Source: Octopus sinensis
Taxonomy: Eukaryota
DNA length: 64,000 bases
Assembly: GCF_006345805.1 (NCBI RefSeq)
Contig: NC_042998.1
Location: 137,454,001 to 137,518,000 of the forward strand
Reading direction: 5' to 3'
Shown: positions 38,849-51,193 of the stretch, piece after piece
How positions within the stretch are numbered: the first letter of the stretch is position 1
How the letters are laid out: each line of letters opens with the position of its first letter
Made by a program: the position numbers and the translations under genes
Notes under the pieces: generated by a model
Databases searched by the model: none
What the model saw: the letters and a program-made list of their open reading frames with translations, nothing else
What the model was told of the DNA's origin: nothing

Positions 38849-38910
<62 letters not shown>

Positions 38911-38914
<4 letters not shown>

Positions 38915-40200
38915 TCGTCATCATTTAACGTCCATTGTCCATGCTGGCATAGGTTGGACAGTTTCACTGGGCACGGGTGCCATTTGCATGACACTGGTAT
39001 CTGCCACAACTGCAATTTTGCTCGACTTGATGGATCTTCTTCTTAAGCATGACATAATGCCAAAGGTCTTGGTCATTGCCTCTATGAGGCCCAACGCTCG
39101 AAAGGTGCTCAGTCACTTTGCCTCCATGAGGTCTAACGCTCGAAAGGAACTCAACCACCTTGCTTTCATGAGGCCCAACATTTGAAAGGAACTCAGCCAC
39201 CTCACCTCCGTGAGGTTCGTTCGAAAGGAACTCAGCCACCTTACCTCCATGTGGCCCAACACTCGAAAGGAACTCAGCCACTTTGCCTCCATCAGGCCCT
39301 ATATTCAAAGGTTGATTTTTCGTTTTTTTTACGTGCCACCAACATGAGTGCATTTGGCTTGGTGGGTCCTCTTAAGAAGAGCACATCACCAAAGGTCTCA
39401 GTCACTAGTCATTGCCTTTGTAAGGTTCAAAGTTTGAAGATCATACTTCACCACCTCATCCCATGTCTTCCTGGATCTACCTCTACCACAGGTTCCCTCC
39501 ACAGTTAGAGAGTGGCACTTCTTTACACAACTGTCCTGATCCATACACATCACATGACCATACTAGCACAGTTGTCTCTCTTGCACACCACATCTATTTC
39601 TCTTATGCCTAACTTTTCTCTCAAGATGCTTACACTGTCGAACATGCACACTGATATTGCACATCCAGCAAAGCATACTGGCTTCATTTCTTTCAAGCCT
39701 ACACATGTCCTCAGCTGTTATAGCCCATGTTTCACTGCCATGCAGCATAGCTGTTCATACACAGGCATCAAACAATCTGCCTTTCACTCTGAGAGAGAGG
39801 CCCTTTGTTACCAACAGGGGTAAGAGCTCTCTGAACTTTCCCCAGCCTAATCTTATTCTCACAGCTACACTCTTGGAACAACCACCTCCACTACTAACCT
39901 GGTCGCCTAGATACCGGAAGCTATCTACTACCTCTAGCTTGCCCCTCTGACAGTTTATGGAGTCTATTTTCTACTCAAGTTCAGCATTTATTCTCTGTGC
40001 ACCTTCCACATACAAAGTTAGTTTCTCTGTTAACCTTCCTTTGATGTTGCTGCACCTTTTGTGTCTCCAAAGCTTACACTGGTTGCATCTTATGGAGTTT
40101 CTACCTACACCTTTTCTATAAATTGAGCAGGGCAATCTACCGGAGGGGATTTGTGGTTTGTCTGCTTTCCTACTTACTATGACTTTGGTTTTAGCTAGGT
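38911..40200 (-). mobile_element. Second 5'-truncated PHD-bearing RTE LINE copy with ~42-bp tandem repeats in its 3' UTR
   Basis: NLAKTKVIV...PCSIYRKGVGRNSIRCNQCKLWRHKRCSN...(frameshift)FVCGRC; LEVVDSFRYLGD; MLHGSETWA...RLERNEASML. Repeat units at 39086-39310, (GAT)n tail, (TA)n on both flanks. Confidence 0.9.
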
Positions 40201-40717
40201 TATATATATATATATATTTATGTATGTGTGTTTGTGTTTGTGTTTCTCCCTCACCACCACCATCGCTTGACGACCAATTTGGTGTGTTTGCATCCCTGTA
40301 ACTTAGCTGTTCGGCAGAAGAGATTGATACAATAAGCACCAGGCTTACAGGGAATAAGTCCAGGGGTTAATTTCTTTGACTAAAGGGCAGTGCTCCAGCA
40401 TGGACACCATCAAATGACTGAAACAAGTAAAAGAATAAAATAATACCAAAATAATTTTCCATACCACCAAACCAAGAAGGTTCTTTGAATATATACGATG
40501 TATTTTAAGGCTAAATATTAATTCTGTTTACATTTGCGTAACTGAGACATTTTGGTTGGATGATATAGTTATCAGTTTTACACTTCTTTCTATATTCTGT
40601 AACTGTCACAATATAGAAACATTTCTCATGGAACCAGCACATAATTTACAGATGCTTACATTTTTTATGTTTTCTGTGAATTTTTCATGGGTCCAGCTAG
40701 TTATTATTATTATTAAT

Positions 40718-40975
40718 GCAGGGAGCTGGCAGAATCTATAGTACACCAGGTGAAATGCTTAGTGGTATTTCATCCACCCTTACATTCTGAGTTCAAATTC
40801 TGCCTGGATCAATTTTACCTTTCATCCTTTTGTGTGAGGGGTGGGGTCAATAAAATAAGTATCAGCTAAGTACTGTGTTTGATGTAATTGAATATCCATC
40901 TCCCACAAATTTCAGGCTTTGTGCCTATTGTAGAAGTCCCTCTCATCCTTCGCCCTTGTGGCAAATAAATGAAAT
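40718..40975 (+). mobile_element. tRNA-derived SINE family B, near full length
   Basis: 'gagctggcagaatc...gaaatgcttagtggtatttc...gagttcaaattc (B box)...ctttcatccttt...ggtcaataaaataagta...gcccttgtgg gcaaataaat'. Other copies at 37175-37375, 49600-49800, 56570-56960. Confidence 0.75.
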
Positions 40976-40976
40976 C

Positions 40977-41290
40977 ATACAGTTCTATATTTAAGAGATG
41001 AGGAATTATGTACATTATATACATTATTTACATTCAACGGATATTTGTCCTCATTTTGTTTGTGGTTAACACAACGTTTCAGCTGATATACCCCCCAGCC
41101 TTCTTCAGGTGTCTTGGGGAAATTTTGAACCTGGGTTCTCATTCCTAAGGTATTTTCAATGTTATTATTATTATTATTCAGGTCACTTCTTGGAATCAAA
41201 CTCGGAATCTTGGGGTTAGTTGTGCTCTTAACCACTACACCATATGCCCGTGGGTATATGGCGTTGTGGTTAAGAACTCGGGCTACTAAT
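40977..41290 (-). mobile_element. SINE-like Penelope derivative: tRNA-like head + (AAT)n + HHR + pLTR tail, with inverted head fragment
   Basis: Colinear with 24745-24994. Starts ~4 nt upstream of the tRNA-like head (41249). Plus-strand inverted head at 41252-41290. Confidence 0.85.
41068..41113 (-). ncRNA. Minimal type I hammerhead ribozyme motif of the Penelope pLTR (best-preserved copy)
   Basis: GACAC-CTGAAGA-A-GGCTG(gggggtatat)CAGCT-GAAAC-GTT-GTGTT: stem I GACAC/GTGTT, stem II, palindromic A-CG-T stem III, GUU cleavage triplet. Decayed copies at 5241-5286, 22409-22455, 24875-24917. Confidence 0.75.
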
Positions 41291-44200
41291 TTCAGCCTGA
41301 CAAACTTCCTCCTGAAAGCACTATTATAGGCTTTATAAGTATCTGTTATTGTAAAATGTTTTCATGCTCATCAAACATGATGATAATGATGATGATGTTT
41401 ACATCATCATTATCATTTAACATCTGTCGTCCACGCCATAAATTTATTACTATAAATTTATTCAATGAGGCAAGTGTCCTATACCTGACTAATGATTATT
41501 CAAAATTGATATGATGAATGGTATTTGTTTTCACTTCAGTTGTCTGCTGTAAATATAATTTCTATGTATCTTATCACAAGAAATCACTAGTTTCAAATTA
41601 CTAATTGCTAAATGATGTGTGTGCGTGTGTGTTTACATCTATGTTATGTGGTAACAATATACAAGAAGCTTCTTTTTTCCATCTATCAAATTCACTAACA
41701 AAGCTTTAGTTAATCTGAGACTGTAGTAGAAACAGACTTTGCTCAAGCCACACCATGGAATTGAACTTGAAACTATATGGCTGCAAAGCAAACTTCTTAA
41801 CCACACTGCCATGTCTGAGCCTAATAAATGTAAATAGAAATACCATTTGTTTAAAAAGGAAAACAAAACAGAAAAAAGGAAGAAATATTTGTTTTCTCTC
41901 CAATCACTTATAGTTTTTATTCTATTGTTTTGATTGATTAACAAAAGCCATCAATTGACAGTGGCCCAAAACAATTTCTATTAATTTTATTGCTTTACAA
42001 TATCTGCATTGAGATCAGTTGATACAATTAAAGAACTGCTTAAAAGATTGAAAGTGAATAGAATAATTTGCTTGTTTTTCTTTTATAGATTTTGTTGCTT
42101 TTGGTTTATTTTTTCTTATTTTGCTTTCCAAGTGTTAGCTTAAGCTTCCACTTAAAAGCCAATTTAATTATCTTTAAATATGAGTGAAGTAAATCTGCAC
42201 TTATTAAGATTCAGCTAGCTATATGATATATTCAGACATGATCTGGGTGTGGGTTGTGGTGGGGGTGGGGTCTTTTCTAATGAGAACAACAACAGACATG
42301 GAGGCAGCATATTTTGAACTATATAAGTATTTCAGTGCCATATTACATTTTATTATGCCCTTGTATACTGAATCATATTGTATTACATCACTACTAAATG
42401 CATATGTATTCAAATTCGAGATTTATCTTCATATTACATGAAGATTAAGCTACAAATATTGACAGTCTAAATATGCTCCTAGGTACCAATATAGCTGTGT
42501 GGTTAAGAAGCTCACTTTCCCTTCACGTGTTTCAGTTTCAGTCTCACTGCACAGCACTTAGGTAAATGTTTACCACTATAACCCCTGGCCAACCAAAGCC
42601 TTGTAGGTAGATTTGGTATGTGGAAACAGAAGTAAGCTTGTTTTGTGTGTGTGTTTTTATCTGACACCTATACCCCACTACTTGACAACTGTTACTAGTT
42701 TGGTTGCATCCCCATAATTTAGCCCTTTGGTGAAAGAGACTGATATAATGAACACCAGACTAAAGGCTTTCAAAGCAGTACCCTGACATGGTTACAGTCC
42801 AATGACTGAAACAAGAAAATGATAATAAAAAAGGTGCTCGTAGATGCTAGTGTGGCTGTGCAGTTAAAAAGTTTGCTTTCCAGCCACAGGATTTGGAGTT
42901 GAGTCATGCAACATGGACAAGTGTTTCCTACTATACCACAGGATGACCAAAGCCTTGTAAGAGAATTTGGTAGATGAGGGATGATAGAAGCCCTTTGTAT
43001 ATGTGTGCATGTTGGTTTTTTTGCTTACATTTGCATTTTATATAAACCTCTCATTATGAACAATATTATTGTTGTTATTGTCACTTCTTTCAAGAAACCA
43101 TGTAGCCACTTCATGCCTTTAAAGACATAAGAAATAAATGGACCCATGCTTGAAAAGCTGGTATGGATTAATGACAGGTAGGACATTCAGCTGTATAACA
43201 ATGCCTCGTTAATGTATACATCTAACCCAAGAGAAAAAAATGAACATAAAACAAGTAGTGATGGAAAAAAGGAAAATGGGATATTTTTTCATTAGATATT
43301 ATCAGCAATTGTTTGTAGTTCTTCAGGCACATAATTTTTATTTTCACCAAGCATAATCTCACTCCATGGATCTACAGGTGTGTAAAACTTAAGGTCACAC
43401 AGGAGAACATTTTGAAGTAGGTCACATTTATTGTTATAACTCTTAGTAACAACCCTTTTAATACCAACCTGATTGAGACCATACCAAGTTCTACGATGCA
43501 CACTTCCTGTTTGTATCATAGAGCACTTGTATCTTTAGATCACTTTAAAAAGTTATCTGAATTAAAACTTAAACAAAAATTGGGCTAAGAGAAATAACTC
43601 AGACTGGCCAGTGGCATGTATTTCAACAACATAGACAAATATATGTATATCAAATACCACAATATAAGTTCTTGGTTTATTAAAATTATCGCCAACATCA
43701 GAGGATGTGCCTTAAGCCTTTAGCATTTAAACTGGCCATATCCAGCCAAAATATTCTGCCTGTTTTATGTTCAAACTTACCTCTCACACCTATCCTACAA
43801 TGTCATTCTAAAATTAAACAACCACATCATCAAAACTTAGATGCTACAAGACAATTCATGGTTAATTCAAAGCCATGTGAATAAATAAGTATTACATTTG
43901 ATAGAGCAATCAGAATGCTAAAGGGTTGATTGCCATATCACAATTAAGATTAGTTCCACTTCAGAAGGAGAGGTCATCTCAAGAATCAAGAATTCTCCAA
44001 AGTTGATATGCCATTAAGGTTTATTTTCAGGAGATAAAAGGACAGCTTTGTGCCAGTTGATGAGAAATTAGAGATATAGAGGGGTGTGGCTAGGTGTCCT
44101 GCTGTAAAGTAGGTCTATGAATGCTCCAGTTAAAAAAGAAAGGTGGGTTAGAGACTAAGATATGTTGGGACATGTTCTGGGGGTGGGGGGCAGGTGAGCA

Positions 44201-44549
44201 TAGGTGGAGGTGATACAGAGACTTGGACTGGGTGGGCAGGGTAGAGATGACTGGAGCAAATGATAAAGCGAAATATAAGAGAGGCTTAAGGGCAGGGATT
44301 ATGGTAGGTATGTGAGGGCATTGAGGATGATAGCAGATAAGCAAGATGTTAATAAGTAACAAGGATGTCAAGGTATTAGTGCATTATGGCCATTTCAGCT
44401 GGCTCCATTTAATCGAACAATGCAAGCATTACATCAATTTGAAATACACCACCATCTTCAGATGCATAATATAGGTTTTCATCATACAGGATACTCCATT
44501 ATGATTTTTAGTAAATATTTCGAACCAATCAAAATAGATGAACATCAAT

Positions 44550-45153
44550 GGAATTTGTATCTTTGTGGTACCAGTGCCGGTGGCACATAAGAAAACCATC
44601 CAAACGTGGCCGTAGCCAGTACCGCATCGACTGGCCTCCGTGCTGTGGGCACGTAACAAACACCATCCAATCATGGCCGTTCGCCAGCCTCGTCTGGCAC
44701 CTGTGTTAGTGGCACATAAAAATTAAAAACACCATCCAAGCGTGGCCGTTCGCCAGCCTCGTCTGACACCTGTGTCGGTGGCACATAAAAAAACACCATC
44801 CGAGCGTGGCCGTTCGCCAGCCTCGTCTGGCACCTGTATCGGTGGCACATAAAAAAACACCATCCGAGCGTGGCCGTTCGCCAGCCTCGTCTGGCACCTG
44901 TGTCGGTGGCACATAAAAAACACCATCCGAGCGTGGCCGTTCGCCAGCCTCATCTGGCACCTGTGTCGGTGGCACATAAAATCACCCACTACACTCTCGG
45001 AGTGGTTGGCGTTAGGAAGGACATCCAGCTGTAGAAACACTGCCAGATCTGACTGGCCTGGTGCAGCCTTCGGGCTCCCCAGACCCCAGTTGAACCGTCC
45101 AACCCATGCTAGCATGGAAAGCAGACGTTAAACGATGATGATGATGATGATGA
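44550..45153 (+). mobile_element. Young RTE-type 3' UTR/tail with five ~62-bp tandem repeats
   Basis: Units 'aaaaaacaccatccgagcgtggccgttcgccagcctcgtctggcacctgtgtcggtggcacat' at 44657-44976, CpGs retained, ends 'gacgttaaacgatgatgatgatg'. Confidence 0.85.
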
Positions 45154-45322
45154 TTTCATCAGAACTAGAGAATAAAGCCAGTTGTAATGCACTAATACCT
45201 TGACATCATTGTTATTTACTTTTTATTCACCTTACTTCAAGCTGTGAAAATAATACTGGACTGACTTGGTTCCTCAGCTACCTAATTCAACTAAATTGTA
45301 ATTATATATATATATATATATA

Positions 45323-45878
45323 CTAGCAGTATAGCCCGGCATTGCTCGGGTTTGTAAGGGAAATAAGCATTTTTAGAGAGTTATAGCCAAAAAATAGCAA
45401 AAAAAATGCATTAAAAATGGGAAAAAAATTATGGTAAATTTTTTTTTAAATCGTTGACTCATCGTAGACATTTTCTGTTTTGTTGTCTTCAAGCCATGAA
45501 GTCGTTGTTCTAAAAGAATGCTGGTCTCCTTGACAACACTTTACGACGTTGATTTCCTTACACTCCCTTCCCCACAGCTTCACGAGGGAGGGAAGAAGGG
45601 GAGAAGCAACACAGGTGCAGGCGTGAGCGTGGACGCCAACTCCGCCGCCATCGACACACGAAAAAATATGCATTAAAATGGAATAAAAAATTATGTTAAA
45701 TTATTTTTAAAATCGTAGACTCATCGTAGACGTGCACTAATACCCAGACAGACTTGATATGAATCACGACTATAAGATACCCGAATTTGGTTAAACTGCA
45801 CCGCAAAATGTGGGAGTAGTTAGGAATCTAAATCGAAGGGGACAGACACTCACACAACTACAGTTTTATATATATAGA
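45323..45878 (-). mobile_element. Non-autonomous Helitron
   Basis: 5' TC (A|TCTATATATATAAAAC at 45878), 3' hairpin CCCGAGCAATGCCGGG (45350-45335) followed by CTAG|T (45326-45323). Inserted at an AT dinucleotide within (TA)n. Confidence 0.85.
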
Positions 45879-45879
45879 T

Positions 45880-46479
45880 ATATATAAAATTGGTGTACAT
45901 TTAAGCACAAAAATAGGTGACCCTTAACAGGCTGCCTTACATGCCAGAAGGAACAGTTAAAAGTCCAAAACCACAGTTAAGAGCATTTTTGAAGGGAATG
46001 AAAAATAAAAACATTTACCATGTTTTACAACTAGACCTAGGTTTCGAACTTTAATTAGCAAATAAAATAATTTGCTGGGCAAAGTTCCCATCACTGGGTA
46101 CGCCAAACATTAACATATAATTTAGAGACAGAATAACACGTGTCCCATCATTATATATTATAATTTTTCAAATCTACTGCACAGTTTCACTCGGCAGTAA
46201 ATAAAAAATGTTGACTAACTTCAGAAATTACTAAAGTCATATTCTTAAAATGATATAGGGTAGCAAAATTTTAGAAATCTTTCTACCAGTGGCTTAGCAT
46301 GTATAAAAAGTCAATAGACAACATATTTTCCATATAAATTTAGTGTACATTTAAACACAAAAAGAGGTGACCCTTAACAGGCCACCTTACATGCTAGGAG
46401 GAACAGTCAAAAGTCTAAAACTACAATTAAGAGCAATTTGGAAGGGAATGAAAAGTAAAAACATTTACCATGTTTTACA
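45880..46479 (-). mobile_element. Partial-tandem ~450-bp HHR-bearing element (retrozyme/pLTR-like) in (TA)n
   Basis: ~150-bp direct repeats at 45881-46029 and 46332-46479. HHR-like motif 46098->46030: gTGATGG-GAACTTT...AAAGTTC-GAAAC-CTAG-GTC. Confidence 0.65.
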
Positions 46480-48182
46480 TATATATATATATATGTATAT
46501 ATATGTATATATATATATAGCCCAGGTAATATCTTTGCAATGTTTTCCAGAATAAATTTTTTAAGACAGCTCATTTAATTGTAAATTATGTAACAATAAA
46601 GACATTTACAAATCACCGTCATCATCGCTGACAGCAGCAACTTTATTTTATGTCTTGTGGAATGATGGTTTTTATAATATTAACAATCCTAAAAATAGAA
46701 CCAAAACCAAATTGAAATACTCTCTACCTTATATGTTTAGCTCTGTAAAAAAAAAATGTTATATTGCTTTATAAGTAATAGTTCTCTATCAGTGTCAATG
46801 TAGTCAAGATCATCTATATATATGTGTGTGTGTGTGTGTGCACATTTTAAAGATTTTCTTTTCCCCTTATCCCAGATTTATGTCTAGCTTTATGTTTCTT
46901 ATTATCAATAATAGTTAGTCTGTATTGGCAACAGTCACTTCAGTTGAAAGCAAAAAATGACATCTGAGGAAACGCTCTGCCAAAAATGTTAGCTATTTCT
47001 TTTCTACAAAGCACATGACCTTCCTTTTGATTAAACCAATAAGTAATACTTTGATTTATCACTAAATCATTCAATGTGTTACTGGGTCTCAAATAATGTA
47101 ATATAAAAATAAACATATTCTCTTTATAGGTAATCCCATACAATATTATATTAAATGATGTAATGTTTTATTGGATCTTATTGATGTACTAAAGACACAG
47201 ATCTTATAATTAATCACACAGCATTACATTAGAGATTTGAAATTGTTATAAATATTAAATATGTAGTGTTTTAAATTTTTTTTTTTTTTCATACAAAAGA
47301 CTCCATGATGAAAGCATTGTAAAGATATGTAGGGTAAAACTAGTCAATATATCATTACCATGATTTAGAACACGAACTACTGGTGAAGTTTTTTCCTTCA
47401 TATATTGACACATTTCCTATTACCTCATTAATTTTTATTATTTTGCTAGTTCATTTGGTATACTCTCTCTAGTAAAATAAATCCAACTATATTTGCAAGT
47501 CTTATGACTTTTATTGCAAAAAAAAAAAACCATATCATAACAATTAATTTTATAAAACTTGAGAAAGCTTATATAAATGAGGTTGTTTTTGGTTTTTTGG
47601 GGTTTTTTTTTAGGTGGGAGGGCGCAATAACATTCTGTACTGACCTAATTTATTTACAATGTTTTAACTGAAACTGCTGTGAATATCTGCCTATTTGTCT
47701 CAAAAGAAATAACCTGATTGAAAGATAAGAGATTTGTAGAAGATACAGAAAAGAGTCTTCGATCAGCCTGTCTAATGCACTTTCATTGTAGATAAATCTT
47801 TTAAAAACACTCATAAAAGAAAACACTAACAAATGACTGTGATTATTGATTTGAATTTAAGTCACTTGGTTTAGTTCTATACAGTTAAATCTAAGCTTTA
47901 TGAGGAAACTAATACACAAATCCATTCATTCATTTGCTTTACATCCGGTATTTTGTTTTTTTGCTTTTTTCATGCTCGCATGAGTCAGACCAGGGGTTGG
48001 GAAAGTGGTCAATCAACCTAGGCCTATGTGGCTATCCAACGGATCAATAAACACCTGAAGCAATATCAAATGTTAAAGATGTTAAATTATTATAGAATTG
48101 AATCCAGAAGGTACTGTAATTTAAGGCTAAAACTAATTTCAGCCAAACATCAATGCAACAACTAGTATTCAACAAACATTAA

Positions 48183-48402
48183 TCCTTTAGCATTCAGACC
48201 AGTCGTATTAGGCCCAAATATTCTACTTGCTTTATGTTCAATCTAACTAGATCAGGCCTCTCATACCTACTCTGCAATGTCATTCTAAAAATAAACAATC
48301 ACATTATCAAAATCTCAAAGCAACAAGATAATGTATGATTAATTCAAAACAATATGAATAAATAAGCATTACATTCGACAGAGTAATCTGAATGCTATTG
48401 GG
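48183..48402. mobile_element. piggyBac-like MITE (second family), nested in a possible hAT-like MITE (47991-48654)
   Basis: TTAA flanks, termini (C)CCTTTAGCATTCAGA...TCTGAATGCTATTGGG. Homologues at 25003-25200 and 43712-43930. Confidence 0.6.
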
Positions 48403-49079
48403 TTAAATATTCCAAGTGTATCAATAATGTTTGCTGCTGTTTGAAAATGTCATCAAACAACATTATTTCTGTAAATATGTTTTATTAAAATGCAGTAGTG
48501 ACAAAAAAGAACAAAGGAATTGTTGATTCTAAATAGGAATTTTTTTTAATTATACTTTTTAATTTTATTTTAGAAATTTACATGATTGGGATCAATGAGT
48601 TATCAGTGATTTCATGAAGGAGGTCAGTGCTTTAAAAAGTTTGTTGATTCCTTGGTTAGATTAATTTATGATGTTAAGGCATCCATTTTATAGCCAGATG
48701 TTCTTCTTGTTGCAAAATTTTAGCTGCTTTTCAAGTAAGGAAGTTTCTATTCCCTTCAAAAGGGAGATGTCAACAAGCATCATTGCCCAGAGCTTAGTAG
48801 TTTTCCCCAGACATGGTTGTGTGGTTAAGAAGCTCACTTTGTAACCATGTGCTTTCAAGTTCAGTATCATTGTGCAATACTTTGGGCAAATGTCTTTGAC
48901 TGTAGTCTTGGGCCAACCAATGTCTTGTAAATGAATTTGGTAGATGGTAAATGTATGGAAGCCCATCATGTGTATATATGTGCATATGTTTCTATGTTTC
49001 CCACCAGCTCTTGACAGGTGTTGGTTTGTTTAAATCCCTGTAACAAAAAAAGAGACTGGTTGCAACATGCTTCTAAACT

Positions 49080-49590
49080 TTATTAATTGTGTCATTCTTT
49101 TCCATTTTGGATCAAATTGTTTTACTAAATCATCTTCCCATCATTGTGGAGGCCTTCCAAATGGTCTTTTCTAATCTCTAGAATACAACTTGCAACTGTA
49201 TTGATTTACCTGTTGCGTGTGACCCTCACAACATATCTGGCCCTGAGGAACTTGTTCTTTGAGTATTTTCCACTTCATTTGAGAACCATCCCATTTTGGA
49301 TATATTTTTGCAACAATATTCCAAACATTAATCTTTTCATGGCCTTTTGCATCTTCCCTCTTTGTAGTAGCCTATGTCTTGCTTGCATATAAGAGCACAA
49401 GTACAACAGTGCTGCCGAAGAGACTAGCGCATAGGGTCTTGTCCAGCTTTGCTTTGAGCACATCTGTTATCAATGTAAATGCCTTCTGTCCTGTTCTTAT
49501 GAAATTCATTCTGCATTAGTTTTGTGAGTTCATTGAAAATTCATAGGCACTCACATTTTTTACACTGGACTCAATGTCAACCCTTTGCAA
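49080..49590 (-). pseudogene. Old RTE-like ORF2 C-terminal remnant
   Basis: 'MQKAMKRLMFGILLQKYIQN...RYVVRVTRNR' resembles the RTE consensus AQRAMERxMLGxSLxDxIxN...GHVxRxxDNRW. Confidence 0.45.
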
Positions 49591-50486
49591 TAACCTAAAT
49601 ATTGGTTTCAAATTTTGGCATAAGGCCATCAATTTCAGGGTAGGGGCTAAATCAATTACATTGACTCCTCTGCTCAACTGGTACTTATTTTATAGACCCT
49701 AAAATGAAGGAAGACCCTAATGACATTGGAACCAGGATGTAAAAACACACAAAATGCCACTAAGCATTTTACCCAATGTGCTGACAATTCTGCCAGCTTT
49801 TGATAGAACTTAGGAGGAAGATTTAACCTCATATATCATCAGGCATCTCATCTAGAGCACTAACAATTCTGCCGGTGCTCTACCCTGGACAGACCCTTTA
49901 TTTCCTGACCCCAACCGGTTGAAAAATACAATTAACCTCACTGGGATTTGAACTCAAAACATAAAGTGTGGTGTTGTATGCATGTGTGTATATCACCATC
50001 ATCATAATGTCTACTTTTCCATACTTGCATTGGATCAGATGGAATTCATTGAGGCTGATTTTCTATGGGTAGATGCTCTCGATGTTGTCAGATAATATTT
50101 CCTCATAATTAGACACGTTTTCATAGAAAACTGGAAATGAATGATGCTGCTAGGATGCTTGCTACAACCATTATGTTATGTCAAGACAAGGAGATACACA
50201 CATGTATACACATTCATGCATGAGCGTGCATGCACACACACATACACACACATGCATAATAAGTTTCTTTCAGTTTCCATCTCTCATAACCACTCACAAG
50301 TCTTTGGTTGGCCCTAGGTGCCATGCAGTGAGACTGAACCTAAAACTGTATGGTTTGTAAGCAAACTTTTTAACCTCACATCCTTTCTATATACATACAA
50401 ACACAACTGTCTGTTTTCTTTCCTCTTCTCTCACTCTCCTTCTCTTTCTCTCTTCTGCATCTCCTTATATCCCTTATCTCACCATT

Positions 50487-50535
<49 letters not shown>

Positions 50536-51119
50536 ATCTATCTCTCAGTCTCTCTGTCTCCTTCCTTCTTCCCTATACATATTTTCCTCCCTCCTAACTT
50601 AGACAACTTAACTGGCTAACCCCCATCACACACACACACATGCACACACACCAAACTATCTCCATCAGTTGGTTTGTATTTTGAAATATATTAATTGAAG
50701 TTGTTGTGTAAGGGGTGTATTTCATATTATATATTATGCAGATTTGAAGCATACTTATTAAATGCATTCAAAATATTATTTGGTTTGTCTTCATTATTAC
50801 AATGACATATATAATTAATAATAGTCTCTCAAGTCTAAGAAAGATAGTTCTGCAATTTCTTGCTGAACAACTTGCACAGATTATTTGTTTGTAATGATAG
50901 TATGTTTGTGCTGCACATAAACTCATTTCCTCCACAAATCCTCATTGCCTGTACAAATGCACTATGTGCTATACATCAGATGTCAAAGTGATTGCAGAGC
51001 AACGTGAGATGAAGTGTTTTGCTCAAGAGCACAACACACCATCTGCTCCAGAAATCAAACTTGTGATCTCGCAATTATAAATGTAACACCTGACTACTAG
51101 GCCATAAGCACCACCACCC

Positions 51120-51193
<74 letters not shown>

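Larger units (their letters stand above)
38398..40440 (+). mobile_element. SINE family A split by nested insertions in its central (TA)n
   Basis: 5' half at 38398-38478 (ends gaaactgaaagaagcccatcat), 3' half at 40201-40440 (ends gactgaaacaagtaaaagaataaaa). About 1.7 kb of inserts lies between. Confidence 0.8.

Noticed and set aside
38964-39353. 129-aa ORF with KVAEFLSSVGPHGG repeats
   Set aside because: Translation of a 42-bp tandem repeat in the LINE 3' UTR, downstream of the ORF2 C-terminus.
44657-44976. Regular ~62-bp repeats as a possible CRISPR array or repeat protein
   Set aside because: No unique spacers, eukaryotic context, and contiguous with an RTE 3' tail.
47991-48654. hAT-like MITE as a separate feature
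   Set aside because: CAGGGG start is present, but the right TIR and 8-bp TSD are too degenerate to support a call.
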